The notes: generated by a model from the letters alone, not told the origin. DNA of 64,000 nt from Vicugna vicugna (GCA_013265495.1 MU060312.1:4136181-4200180); one strand, 5' to 3'. Counted from the first letter of the stretch, positions 1-13,460 are shown. Translations and numbers: made by a program.

Positions 1-129
1 ACTAACAAAGTGAAACCAGCTTAGATAAGGCAATGGAAACAATCAAGGGACTGATTGAGACAGAGAGCAGGCGGTTGGCAGGGAATCTCTGCTCTGGTAG
101 AATAAAGGCTTTGGCTGGCATTGGTTGAC

Positions 130-480
130 CATACGTTTGCTAATCAGATTCCATATACTAGCATTAGGGGGCACTCCTTGAAGCTTGGAGTTAATTTTAT
201 GAGAACTAAAGATTGTACCACTTTACAAAATGGATAATAATGTTCCAGAACTTGTTACCCTCAAGAGGTGGCATGGACTAGAAATATAAATTAATTTAAG
301 AAGGGTATAAATAAATTCATGGGTAATTGAATGATAGTGACTATGAAGGGAAATAAAAGCTGTCCAGGACATACCACTGACTTTTGGAGATTGAGGTCGT
401 GAGAGGCACCACCACTTGGTCCCCACAGCCATGTGGAGTATTCATGCTGCAGAACACTGGTCTGACCTACTACTCACTTA
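130..480 (+). mobile_element. CR1/L3 LINE 3' end remnant
   Basis: agaacttgttaccctcaagaggtgg...aatttaagaagggtataaataaattcatgg and ...actggtctgacc resemble the CR1 RT C-terminus and 3' terminus (by-eye recall). Confidence 0.55.
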
Positions 481-2454
481 AGCTGTGATTTGCTAAATAC
501 AGAACAGTTGGACTTAGAATAAGCAGTGAAATTTTGTAGGCAATTAATAATTGTGAAGAAATCGAGGAGAGATTATAGGAATATTATTTTCACTGTTTGT
601 ATTTATAATCTTATATTGTGTGTACCTGATAGGGAAGTTTTAGAAAACAGAATTTGTCCTGAACAAAGACTTCTTACTGATGATAAATGAGAACTTTTCA
701 ATTTAGTTTTACAAATCAAAAAGTAAATTGATTTTCTGATGTGAAGTAAAAAAAAAATTTTTTTTTAAGCTAAAGGAATGTGCTAAGGTAGTCCAGATAG
801 GTTGGTTATTTTTCAGTCTATTAAACAGCATTGTTTATGGCCCGGAAGTTATCTGTCAGGAGCAAGGGCATAGACAAAAATGAACGTGGGCTCCATAGCA
901 ACGTGAGCTATGTAACGAGCTTGCTTGTGTGGCAGCCTGTTCTGGAGTTTAGACATTGCTTGACTCTTGACTGCTTTGCTGGCTCCTTCAACCTTATGTT
1001 GTCTTTTTTTTTTTTCCCTATTATTCAAGGGACGCTGAACAAAATTGGAAGGAATTTAGTTTTACTGTACAGGGCTTACAATAAGCACTCAATATACATT
1101 TGTTGATAATGTTTCTCACTTTTCAAGCATGAAGGAGTAATTTCAGGAAATTGTGGAGGTTTTTTCCCTCCTTAGACAAGCCTAAGGACACGATTTATTT
1201 TTCTTTTTAAAATAAGAAAGTGAATTTAAAAAAGCACCTGAGTTGTTTAGAAGTCTCACTTGAGAATTTAGCTTAAGGGACTGTAGATTGTGCAGCAATT
1301 GTAGCATTTTGACTTGTAAACTTTATTACCTTCTAGCACATTATTTTTGACTGGACATGTTGACATAATAAAGTTTCCTCATGCCGTTGATTCAACCACA
1401 CATCGGCTTAGCATCTGAATTCCTTGCTGTGGGGAATTTTCAGTCTGTCTCCTATGCATGAAAAATAGCATTTGCTCTCTGTGAAATCGGGAGCCGGCGG
1501 AACTTGCCACACAGTAATGACTAAAATGTAGCTGTTGTGAACTTGTAATTTTTCCTGTGCTTTTTGATTTCCCATTTTGTAGAATTTACCTGGAAGTTCT
1601 CAGATTTATGATGAAAAACAAACAAAAATTAAGGAGCCGCTATTAAATATAAATTGTTATAACATACTTTTTGATAATTCTCAGACAGCAATCATTAATC
1701 CAAAATAAATTGCGTTTAGTTCTAGATTCATGAAAAGCACTGATTTGGTTTAAGAAATGATAGATAACATTTGATGTATATTTTTCTGGGCTGTGAATTG
1801 CTTACTTAATACACATACACAGAGTTTCATGTTTAAAATAATATATATGGTTTTGTTACCTGCTACGCCTTTAGTCCAACCTCAGTAATCCATGGACAGA
1901 CCTTTTTGCTCTTCAGTACATATTATCTGCAATTAGATTCATTCATTCTAATGGCTCTGTGATATCTTATTGAGTAAAATATCATACCACACCCTCCTTG
2001 AACCAGTCTCTGTCGATGGACATTTAGACCTTTGGGCTGCTTCCGTGTGTCTGAGTGGGATTGCCATCGTGGAGGTGTGGTGGACACCTTGCTTACATAT
2101 GTCTTTGCATCCTTGTTTCATATTTTCCCTTAAGATGAATTCTCAAAAGTAGAATTCTGTGTTGAAGGGTTATTGTTCCTATACATATTGTGACCTGCCT
2201 TAAATATTTGACTTTACATACTCAAGGGGAGTATTTCAATATTACTTGCTCTGTAATGCTTTAGAATTATGTAAAGTGAAAAATATGAAAACTTCCTGTT
2301 AAGTACCTAGGAATGTTATTATTTATCAAATAGGAGATTTACATCTAAGCATCAATAAGCAAGAATGGTTTAACATAAATATATTATAAAAAATATAAGG
2401 GAGAAGTATAGATTCTTTCTTTGTTATTAAGTGTATACACATATTCTGCCAGTA

Positions 2455-2725
2455 GTTTTTTAAGGTATAACTTATATATGATGAAATGCTCAGATCTTAA
2501 GTGTACAGTTCGATGAGTTTTTACAGATACGTGCATCTATGAAACCACCACCCAATTAAGATACAAAATATTTTCATCACTCCCAGATGCTTCCTCATGC
2601 CTCTTTCTAACTAGCCAGATATCCTTCCTGGGACTCCTGTGAGGATTTCATGGGTATGTATTTACGAAGGGAATTGCTGGGTCCTAGGAAAATGCACCTT
2701 GAAACTTAGTGGGAAACTAATTTCT
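2455..2725 (-). mobile_element. Old L1 (L1M-type) 3' end fragment
   Basis: aaatgctcagatcttaagtgtacagttcgatgagttt...aaccaccaccccaattaagatac is a typical antisense L1M 3' UTR. Confidence 0.7.
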
Positions 2726-3384
2726 AAAACTTCTTTAGAAATAAGGAGAATATAAACCTGATCATTTCCTCAACTTCGAAGTATGAGCGAAGATTTTGGG
2801 GTATGGTAAAATGAAAAATGGGGCCTGGCCTTCTGTACATTTAACATGATACAGAGATATGAAAGCTAATACTCATGTTCTTTATCAGAGTAGTTTCCTA
2901 AAATAAATATTTAAAGTGAATCAGTCATTTTTAGCTATACTTTCTCTCTCCAATACAACTTGAAAGCATTCACATTTCTTTGAAAACTGTAGTAAATTTT
3001 TTGTTACTGTGTATGCTTATGTTCCACTTTACGATCCTGTTTATTTAGAAATCAGAGAAATCAATGTTTGTTTTTCTTATTTTAAAAGAAAAAAATGGAA
3101 AATCTCTGATCTTAGGCATTTTCTGGAGATCTTCATTTGGTTTAGTTTAGTGATAAATGTCCAGGGCATTTTCTGGGTGGTAATGAGTTGAAGGGTTAGC
3201 ATGCAGTAGCTGAGGGCACTCTGCCGCTGTCAGGGTGAGGTTTGGTGTTTTTAGGCTGTTGGATGAAACTTAACATATGTGTATCAAAGACTTGGTTGAT
3301 ACAAATGATTTCAGTTTTATAATGTGTTCCTTCATTAGTTTGAGATTTTGTATAATAAATTGATTTAGTAATCCACTGAACAAC

Positions 3385-3640
3385 ATTCATTTATTCATTC
3401 AACAAACACTGAGTGGCAGGCCCTCTTCCAAGAAGGCATACCATGAGTGTAGGAGTGTAGTCTAGTGATAAGGACAAACAGTAAATACATGAACACATAA
3501 TTAAGAGGTTAACTAACTGACTAAATCTAACCTTCTCCCCTGTGGTAAAGTTGGAAATAGCACGAGATTGATGGTCGTTGGGGCTGTGCTTAGTTAGGCT
3601 GGTCAGGGAAGGGGTGGCATCTAAGCGAGAAGTGCTTTGC
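3385..3640 (-). mobile_element. L2 LINE 3' end fragment
   Basis: attcatttattcattcaacaaacactgag start followed by ggtcagggaagg, typical of antisense L2 termini. Confidence 0.6.
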
Positions 3641-6520
3641 ATCCTCAGTTCTCAGCACTTGGTTCCTGGTACTCAGTTACTTTTGGTTAAATTTCATTTG
3701 CATACAACAGTTTGGCAGTGTTATTTACCATGAATGTGGTTGAGAGCTAAGAGATAAACAAAAAGACTGTCAGTAGCCAAAATTAATTTTATAAAACTTG
3801 AGGCAATAAAAACTCTCATATGCTTGTCATAGACTCATCCCTTGGGCTGTCATAATTTTAACAATGTAATGGGTTTCTCAGTCCTCAACAGATTGTCTTG
3901 AAGGTGGAGGTCAGTGACGAGCAGTGGCTGAGTGCTGATGGCATGTGAGGAGATGGCAGGGAGAGTTACTCTGGGGTTTAGGGGGTGGGCTCTGGGGCAT
4001 TGCGTGTGTGGTGGCTCCACCCTTCAATTTCTGTTTCTTACTAATGATCATTTGGTTTAAGATGTCAGAAAAGCATATAATAGATCTTTGAAAGCCCTGC
4101 ATCTAAATTGATTAAAGCAAAAACATTATCGATCATTAAAGAATTTAGGCTTGAGTTCCTGACAGCTGAGATCCCTATTTAGAAATTGGAAGCAGCCCAT
4201 TTTGTGGATGGAGATGTAAGATAATTATCGTTATGTGATTGGTTGTATTTACACAGCTGAGGTACAAGAGGACTTGCATTTAGATTTCACACATTTCTAA
4301 TGCAGAGACTCTTAAGCTAGACCAGAATTTAGTAATCTCTGTCCAGTGTGGCTCCCATATATGGGCAGTAGATCGAATGCAGCTGATTGGCCCCAGGTCT
4401 GACAGCCCAACTGTACTGTGTTACAAGTTATCACAGGCTCTCTGAGGGTTAGGTGCAGTTAGTATCAAATAATGAGACCATGTATCTAAAAGAATAGCAA
4501 GTAGGTTTTTAATTGTGGAAGACAGTAATAAAATCTCCCAAGCAGGTGCTTTTGATGGTTTTCCCTCTGAAGTTCGCTGTGTTCTGCACATTGTTACTAC
4601 GGATCCATTGATGACTTGCTTACACTACGACCCGTCCTGTCTTCCCTGCACCTGACTTGCTTCCAAACTTTTCAGAACTGGAACAGATAGTAACAGATTC
4701 TTACAAGTTCATGACTGCTGTAGCATTAGGAGGCTCCTGCAGTATGTCCTGTTGTTGTCTTACTCAGAAAATAGAGCCCCCCCTCCCATCCCAAACAACA
4801 CTTCCATATTGTGTGTAAGGGTTTCTATAAACCAGAAAGTCAACATATTAAAGTGCAATTCATAGGGGAGTTGCTGGCTGTGTTGACTGAGCTTTACAGT
4901 CATTTTAACACTGGCAAAGTGTTATCCTAACTGCTTCAAATCAAACTGCAAAGATGCTTGTGTGAAATATAGTATTAGATATCAAATCAAACATATGGGT
5001 GTTGAACGGAAGGATATGTGTTGTGGTGGTATATGGTATTCTAGCATGTGGAGTTGTATTTTATGGAAATTCTTTGGCTTGGTTTATGGCAGGGACATAC
5101 ATTCATTATGAGATATCAAGCTGTAAAATAAATACAAGCAAAGAATTCAACTGTGCTGTTGAATGGTTTTCAATACAAACTTGTCTGTTCTACTAACTTA
5201 GGGTCTGTGTGATGAGAGGCGTTTGTAAGGCATTGTGGCCAAATGTTTTGTCACCATTGCTGACAGCTTGAAAATAATTCAGATCAGGTCAAAAGGAATA
5301 TGAACTTTAGCTTTTTGCATTTTTTTCCTTTTACTTCATTTTATGTGTTACGAATTACTGTGCTAATTGGTCTTAGAGGCAAAATGTTGAATATTTCCCT
5401 TCTTATTCCTCTTTTTCCTCATTAAGTATTCTGTAGTGAATTTGAGTTTTAAGTGTGTATCTGGAACTGATGTCTGAATTCTGAAGTGTGTGGGCTTATG
5501 GGGCTCAAGTTCTTGGAGTGCTCAAATGGACCATATTGTGGCATTAACATTGACTTCATCACTCCCGTCCCAGGAGTGCTTTTTGCCATCCTGATATCTT
5601 GTTTTTCTTTTACTCCCGTTTTCTCTCCCAATTAGGAAAAAAAAAAAGTCAATAGATTTCTCATTTGAAAGAAAATCAAAATATATCAGTGATGTATTTA
5701 TTGCATGAGGAAGGAAAGATTTTTCTTTGAACAATGATTTCAAGAATTTTTACGCTTATGTAAATTAGAGCTAGAGAAGGCACATCTTAGGCCATTTTGT
5801 CTGTATCTCAGGTATTTGTGGTGTACTACACTTTGCTTTACATCATTACCTGTTTTATCAACTAGGAAAATACTATCCTTATATTATATCTGAATATCTT
5901 TCCTTCAAGAACTCGTATTGGTGGTTATATTGTTTGATAAACATAGTATTGTTTTCTGAAAGGGTTTCATTTGATTGTAAAGCAATGTTGTTTCTTTCTA
6001 GCAAAAATAAAAAGTGGAATTGCTAATGTAACTGATATCTGTTACAAATGTAATTGAAGTATTCTGACCTTAGTTGAAACAAACATGCCCCCAAACCACA
6101 AGCGTCCTACAAAGTATTAAGTATTCGTAAGTGAACTTGGACTGGAGTTCATTTTCATTTGAGTGTTGCATGAGAGTGGGTTAGCATAATGCTTCTTTGA
6201 CTTTCTTAGCAGAGTCTATTTTTAATGTCAGTATTAGGAGCTCTACCTCGCTCCCTAGATTTGTATGAAATGATCAATGTTTGATATATGATAAAATTTT
6301 ATTTTTTTAAATTTAAATAAAGGTCATTATCTTTTGTTTTCATTGATAATATGTGAGTAGAAGGTAATATGCCAGTTTATCTAATGGAGAGAATATTAAA
6401 AATACTGAATTCAGTTGCTCAATAAAGAACCCACTCTATGTCGCTGAATTGAAACTGTATTTGATTTCATTGAATTGCACATTTTGACTTTCTCATTTGC
6501 CTTGCTTGACTTCTTGACAG

Positions 6521-6670
6521 ATGCCGCCTCAGTATGGACAGCAAGGCGTGAGTGGTTACTGCCAGCAGGGCCAGCAGCCTTACTACAACCAGCAGCCACA
6601 GCCTCCGCACCTCCCCCAGCAGGCGCAGTACCTGCCATCCCAGTCCCAGCAGAGGTACCAGCCGCAGCAG
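6521..6670 (+). CDS. ARID1B: ARID1B internal coding exon, 150 nt / 50 aa ([50 protein letters not shown]), phase 0-0
   Basis: Acceptor ttgacttcttgacag|ATGCCG at 6520/6521 and donor CAG|gtgagc at 6670/6671. The peptide matches my recollection of the Q/P/Y-rich N-terminal region of human ARID1B (about exon 4 in NM_020732 numbering, from memory). Confidence 0.97.
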
Positions 6671-9029
6671 GTGAGCGCAGCTCCTGGTCCCCAGGCCTCT
6701 GTTCTGTGCTCGCAGGCTGGATCAGGTTCTGAGACATCTTCCTGTCCCATTTAAACAATTTCTGTTCTCAGTGGAAAAAGTGTAGTTTTGAGAAAATGTA
6801 AATCAATAACCTAATCTAAACTGTTTATGAATGGATGTTTGAGATGGAAAGGTGGGAGGAATGACTGGTTTAATAGCTTCTTACATTATTGGTTAGTGAC
6901 AGCAGAAAATGTCAGTCATTTCATGTTCTTGTTATTTGTGTTCTGAATCTTTCAAGAAAGTGCTTTGTCACTTTGAGGCTTATTCAGGAAAATGGTTTTA
7001 TCATTTAATCTTGCTAATTGGCACATACGTGGTATTTTTATCTTGAGCTTTTTTTTAAATTTGTTTTTGTTATAATGGTAAGTGCTACTATATCAAAACA
7101 TTGTTGCCTTTGGCAGTGTTACTCTTCCTAAACTAGCTTATAAACAGATAATCACTTCAATTACAATATATTAAAATACTAAAGGGAATCATGTACTTTA
7201 AGTATGTTAAGCAGTTTCTAGTTTAAATTAACCTCATTAAATACTCTTTGGTTATTGGGCTGTGCATTTCAGTTGCACAGTTTGTAGAAAGATAGTACGT
7301 GTGCATTTGGTACAGAGATTCGGTTTCATCCTATTTTAGTGAGTGTCAATGAGTGATGTTAAAAGACATCATGAGTTAGGGACCCGTACTCTGAAGTCAA
7401 GTAAAACTTTCATAGCATTTCCAGTCGTAAGCATCAAAATGTAAGTTTGCATTTTATATTTTCCTCACCTTTCTTTTTTGTGGGGTGGGGGTGGTGAAGA
7501 GAGGGGAAGACAGTGACATTGACTATTCAGTTTTAAAGTGCTTCTTACACAGCTTGGAGAGAATGTTGATGCTAAGCAAAAATATATAAATATATGAAGC
7601 TTAATTGTAATCATTCAGCTGATTTCTTAGATTTCTTAAGAATTTTCTTGGCTTCTTTGGAGTCTTTTCCCATGTGACTTTTATTTAAGAGTTTCAGAGA
7701 GAGTTTATAACTAAAAAAAACACATTAAAGCAACAGCTGAGATTGAAGATTCTACAGAATCTTGTTTTTTACGTATATGTTTTCAAAATTTTGCTGTTAT
7801 ATGACGCAATTTATAGAGGTAGGAATGTACATTATTTAGTCTGGTCTTTTATTAAAATGTGGGAAAATAAAATAACCTTTCAATATCATTTCTTTTTAAG
7901 TAAGAAAGACTGGTATCTGGGTTTATGATATATAAACTTATAGGCTTTTTCATGGGCTTTTAGAGCCTTATTAAATTTCTCTATAGACAGAATGTTTTGT
8001 AATGTCATCAAAGTTTAAGGAGGACTCAACAGAGAGATTACATTACTCATTTTACTTTGGTGTGCTGAAATGAATCTCGGATTATAAAATCAATTTGATT
8101 AAGGATTCTGAGTGCCTGTCATTTCCTTCAAGACGAAGTTCAAAATTTACTTCCTTTATGAGGCATTCACTGATGACTTCTTCCACATGGCAATTAGTTA
8201 TTTAATATCCTTAATATTTAAATATTTAAAACATACTGCAGCTAAAATCTTTAATGAATACTATTTTAATGTGCTTAGTTTAGGTCTGTTTTATGCTTTG
8301 ATCAGTTCTGCCATTGTTGTATTGACTTGAATACGATAAATTATATGTCAGGAAATACTATATAAAAATGACTCTTTAATGTAAATATTGTCATTTTGGG
8401 TATATTCTGAGGAAAACCAGTATATCTCAAAGCATGTTGGAAATTTTTTCTTCTTTTCATACTCTCTAACTATACAATGTCTAAATATTTTTTTAAGGTT
8501 CAATAAACTCATTGTGGGACAGAGAAGTAGAAATTGGAGTTATTTAGGTAGCTTAATCGGAAGGTCTGGTTTGACAGGAATAGTTTTGGTTTTTAAGGGA
8601 GTTAAATGTTTGAATAGATTGGGTAAGTGCCTCTAGGAAATGAGATCTAGTATTTCAGACATAGTTAACACCTCTAAAACCAGAATAATCCCCCCAAGTC
8701 TATCCCAAAACAAAGTAAATACAACCACTAGAGTATTTTAAAAATCAAGCCCAATTTAATAAGAATATATAATACTGAATTCACGTACATTTAAAATTAA
8801 CCAAAGTAGCTCAGTTGTATTTAATATAAGAAGCCAGACCAGTGTTTCAAAACAGGCAGAACATTCCTTCCTGCAGACATTCCTTTTGTTCCCAGATACA
8901 GAGTACACAGTCTGTTGACTTTTGTATTAGGGCATCATCAGCAAATACGACTTTGTGTCTTTAGTTAATGTGATTGATACAAAAGGTACATTCAGGGTTC
9001 CATTAAGATACCTCACTTTGTGTCTTTAA

Positions 9030-10230
9030 CATTTTTTAAATGTGTAATGTTTTGAATAAATACATTCATGTGTTTCAAAAATGTACAAGTTCAAGGAGAT
9101 GATTCAGATCCAAGGCTTCCACCACAGCTCCTCTCACCTATCTCACCGCCCACCTCACCTTTGCCACATGACCGCTTCATTAGTTTATTGTATGTCTTTT
9201 GTTAGTTTCAGAGTAGAAAAATACCATATTTTAATTTTTAACTCTAACTTTACACAAATGTTGGCACACTGTATGTAACATGCTATAAATGTCTTCTGTT
9301 CTTTGTCATCCCCCTTCCCCGCCCACTTAAATATATTTCTGTAGATCTTTCCAAAGGAGTACATCAGGCAATCTTCCATTCTTTTTTATAGTTTCTTTCC
9401 ATTTTATGGACATATTATAATATATTTAACCAGCTCTCGTTTGATGAGCATTTAGATTATTTTTAGTTATCTGCAATTCAAACAATACTGTCATGATGCT
9501 TTGTGTATATGTCATTTCATAAATGTCCAAGTGTGTCTGTAGGATAAATTCTTGGCTGTGTCAGCGGGTATATGCAGTTGTAATTTGGGTAAATATTGCC
9601 AGATTGTTTCTCTTAGAGGTTATACCAATTTATACTACCACCATCAATGTGTGAGAGTCCCTGCTTCCTTACACATGTGCCAATAGCATGGTTTTAGGAA
9701 ACTTCTGGGTTTTTGCCAATCTGATAATGTAGCTTTGATTTGCATTTATCTTGTTAATGAGTGATGTTGAACATTTCATGTTTAGAAGTGCTTTTGTTTC
9801 CCTTTTTCTGGACTGTTAATTCATGTCCTTTTATCTTGAATTTTTCTGTTCAGTTGTTGGTCTCTTATTGATTTATAAAAAACTATATGTACTAGGGAGA
9901 CTGGACCTCTATCTAAAATGGATTACTGAGAACCCTTCCTCATTGTGTCATTTGTCTTTTGATATTAATTTTTCTTTTTTTTTGTCATGCAGAAAGGCTT
10001 TTTGAATTTTTTTAGTCTTTTCTTTTATGATACCTAGATTTTATTTTAGTGGAGTACGAGCCTTCCATACTCTGAAGTTACAAAGGAGCTCTCCCATGTT
10101 ATTTTGTAGTATTTTTATGGACTCATTTTTGTATTTCACTTATCCTAATCTATGGAGAGAGGTATGATCCAACTTAATTTTTTTTTTCTAGATGGCCAAT
10201 TGGTTAAGTAACTTTTCTTGTGTTGACTGT
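9030..10230 (-). mobile_element. Old L1 (L1ME-like) 3' UTR/ORF2-end fragment
   Basis: Characteristic antisense L1 blocks such as ttataccaatttatactaccaccatcaatgtgtgagagt and ttttgccaatctgataatgtagctttgatttgcattt. Confidence 0.75.
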
Positions 10231-10586
10231 TGTATTAGGTCTTGCCAGAGAAACAGAATGTGTGTATGTGTACATATACATAGCCTATTGGTGGAATTGA
10301 CTCTCACACTTATGGAAGCCTGGCAAGTCCAGAATCCAGTAGTGGGCCAGGAGGCTGAGACCAGTAGAGGAGACGGTGAGCATGAAGCCTGAAGGCAGTC
10401 TGCTGGAGAATTCCCTTTTGCTTTGGGGAGTGGGAGGTGTCTTTTTGTTCTGTCCAGGCCCTCAACTGATTGGATGAAGCTCACCCACATTATGGTGGGT
10501 AAACTACTTTGCTCAAGGTCACCAATTTAAATGTTAATTTCATCCAAAAACACTCTCCAAGTTGATAAATAAAATTAGCCATTACA
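10231..10586 (-). mobile_element. MLT2 (ERVL) solo LTR inserted into the L1
   Basis: Begins tgtattagg...ccagagaaacagaa, contains ggcagtctgctggagaattcc...caactgattggatgaagctcacccacattatg and ends caagttgataaataaaattagccattaca. Confidence 0.85.
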
Positions 10587-10900
10587 GTTATTTTTTCCCC
10601 ACTTTTATTATTTGTTGAATTCTCTTAGGTACAATGTTTGAGGTTATTCTGAGAATTTTATTCTCTTCCGTTGGTCCTTCTGTTAATGTCTCAGTACTAT
10701 ACCGTTTTTATTATTTTTTTAGTATCTGGTAGGGTTAATACATCTTCATTACCTTTCATTTTCAGATTTCTCTTGGTGATGTGTGTTTGCTTGTTTTTCA
10801 TATAAACTTTTCATTTCTTACCATGTTTTTTCCTAAAAATTTTGTCTTTTTTGTAGTTATTGTAATGGAATCTTTTTTTTTTCATTGTACCTTTTTCCTT
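10587..10900 (-). mobile_element. Old L1 ORF2 remnant (continuation after the LTR)
   Basis: gtactataccgtttttatt...tagtatctggtaggg...tttttcatataaactttt resembles antisense L1 ORF2. Confidence 0.55.
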
Positions 10901-11454
10901 TTCTGTGAAATAGGTGATACTTATAAAATAAGGAGTAAAACAAAAAGAAGTACCTTATTTGAATGATTAACAGCGCACTTATAATAAAGCAAGCTGTGTT
11001 TGGCTTGGGTTGCTGTGGGCCAGGGAGATACATGCTCCTGATGAGCCTCATGAGAAGTGTGGGGTTGGGAGGTTTATAGAGTTGTGTGTATGTATTGGGT
11101 GTGTGATGGATGGTTCTAAGAGGAATTAGGGACATGAGGGTCAGTTTGAGCTGGCTGCTCTCAAGAAGTGAGGGCATTTGGTGATTAGGTGTCTTAGTTT
11201 GGACCTGCAATGTGGGATTGAAGCGGCCGGGCTTGTCATTGGTAAAGAAGCACCTGTCACTTAGACAAAGACAGTGTTAGAAGAGGCGGATGTTTAGTCA
11301 TTTTTGTTGTCCAGAAGTGGCCTTGTCCATATCTGCTTTCAGCACTGCTTCTGTGCTGTTGGGGAAGCTCTGCTCCGCTTGTTCTCGCGGCCAGTTTTCC
11401 TTCTCTTCTCACATTCCCACCCCAGCATCCCTTGTCTTCCTGAGTGACTTCTCT

Positions 11455-13460
11455 CTCCATTTCTTCACTTGTTTAGGTAGTTTTAATTTCCTTTATAACA
11501 TTCTTCAAAAAGAGCTGTTGTACCTGTTTGGTTTGAATTTTCCTATTTACCTTATTTTTTGTTGCTATTATAAACAGAAATTTTTTATTTTATTCGTTAT
11601 TACATTGTATTTTCTCATTGTTACAGATATATGCAAATATAATGAGCTCTGTATATTAGTTTTTTCCCCAGTTCCCCTTTAGGTTCTTGTTAATTCTACT
11701 AACTCTAATCATTTATCGTCTCTTAGGTTTTCTCGATCTTTTTTTAAAAATTGCTTTAAAAAGAAAACGCTCCCTTCTCCCCCTGTTTGTCCTTCTGCAG
11801 ACCGGCTTCTCCAATGCACTGTTTGAAAGGACTGTCTGTTCTTGTATTATCTCTGACTTAAAAGAAGGCTTTTAGCGTTTCATCATTAAATATAATGTTT
11901 AGTTTTTTTTTCCTTTGTGGCTGCCCACTATTAGACAAGAAAGTTTCATTCTTTTCCTAGTTTGCTAAGAATTTATCATGAGTGGATGCTGAATTTTACC
12001 TTATGTGCCTTTTTTTTAATCTATTGAGACGATCACTTTGTTTTCCTCTCACAATCTGTTACTGGGGTTTACTACATTTTTTTAAAGTATTGAACCAAAT
12101 ATGCATTCTAGAATAAACCTAGCCTCATGATATATTATCGTTTTGTACATCACTGAATTCAGTTTGCTGACATCTATTTAGGTTTCTTAAATCATTGTTC
12201 ATATTGGACTGGACTGTAATTATCCTTGTGAGGTTTCGGTGTCTGTATTAAAGAGTTTCGTAAAAATGAATTGGAGACTAGTCCCTTTTTAAACTTACCT
12301 GAAGACTTTATATTAACATTTGGAATTACCTGTTTTTGGTAGAAGCGTCTGTAAAGCCATAAAGGATTGTGTAGCCCTTGGTTCTTAGCTTTTGTCCCAT
12401 TCTTGGTCTTGTTTCTTTTTTGAATATAGGTATATTCAAGTTGTAGAATTCTTCTTGAGTTAGTTTTTTACTTGTATGTGCTCCTATATCCATTGCATCA
12501 AGGTTTTAAAGTTTATTAACATAAAGTTCCTAGTAATCTTTCTTTCTTTAATCTTTATAACATCCAGAGTTAAGGCATTTTAATTCATAATTTTATTGCT
12601 TCTTTCCTTTATTCTTGATTAATCTTGCCAGTGGTTTGCTTTTCCAAAGCCAGTTTGGTCATTGCCCTCTTTATTACATGTTCTTTTAGAAGTTTAATTA
12701 AATTCTGTTCTTTCTTTGATTATGTCTTGCTTTCTATTTTACTGATGTTTATTTTGCTTTTCTTTTTTATAGTCAAATGATTTCTTAGCTTATTTGAAAC
12801 ATTTTTTTGGTCTGATGAAGCCAAATATAAGACTAAAAATTTTCCTCTTGAGTACTACTTTGGCTGAATCTCTCAAATTTTGATATGTGTTATTTTTGTT
12901 CTCTTTTAGGTCTAAGAATTTCCTTACTTCCTTTCATCCTTTTTTGTGGGGGAGGTTATTGAGGCCTGAGTTTATATTCTATTCACTGAGAAGGATTGAT
13001 ATATGCTGTTGCCAGTTGCCTGTGAGCACTTGTCATTGGAAATCATAATTTGTATTTTATTTTGTAAAATTAGTTATTTAAAAAATTCTTCACAGGCTGA
13101 TAAACAGCGATACAGTGAGCACTTTCATTTGCTAACCCGGCCATATTCAGATGTCTTCAGTTGTCTTCAGAATGCCTTGATGGCTTATTTGTTTTAAGCC
13201 GAATTCAAACGATATTAATACATTGATTTGGTTCTTAAGTCTTTTTATCTGGAACAGTTCTCTCTTACCCCCGCCCCTGTTTGTGCCTCTGATATGTTGA
13301 AAAAACTTGAGTCAGTTAGTTGTCCTGTGAAATGGCTTTATCTGATTGTTCTCCCTTGATGTGGCTTACTTTGTTCATCTAGCACCTCTGTTTCCTATGA
13401 ATTGCAAGTTAGAGCCAAAGGATTGAAGTTAAACATTTTTGTTTGTGATTGTTGTAAATC
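11455..13460 (-). mobile_element. Degenerate old L1 (ORF2 and UTR-like remnants)
   Basis: ttcctagtttgctaagaatttatcatgagtggatgctgaatttt...tctattgagacgatca...gtattgaaccaaatatgcattctagaataaacc is a typical antisense L1 ORF2 stretch; no intact ORF. Confidence 0.7.

Noticed and set aside
1880-1900. REST/RE1-like ctcagtaatccatggacag
   Set aside because: Left half-site mismatched and spacing non-canonical.
6521-6754. 77-aa ORF starting at ATG as an independent small gene or intron-retained product
   Set aside because: The first 50 codons are the ARID1B exon and the rest is read-through past a canonical donor; no nearby poly(A) signal supports a terminal exon.
6411-6758. Antisense 115-aa and alternative-frame 85-aa ORFs over the exon
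   Set aside because: Shadows of the GC-rich, CAG-rich coding exon; no independent signals.
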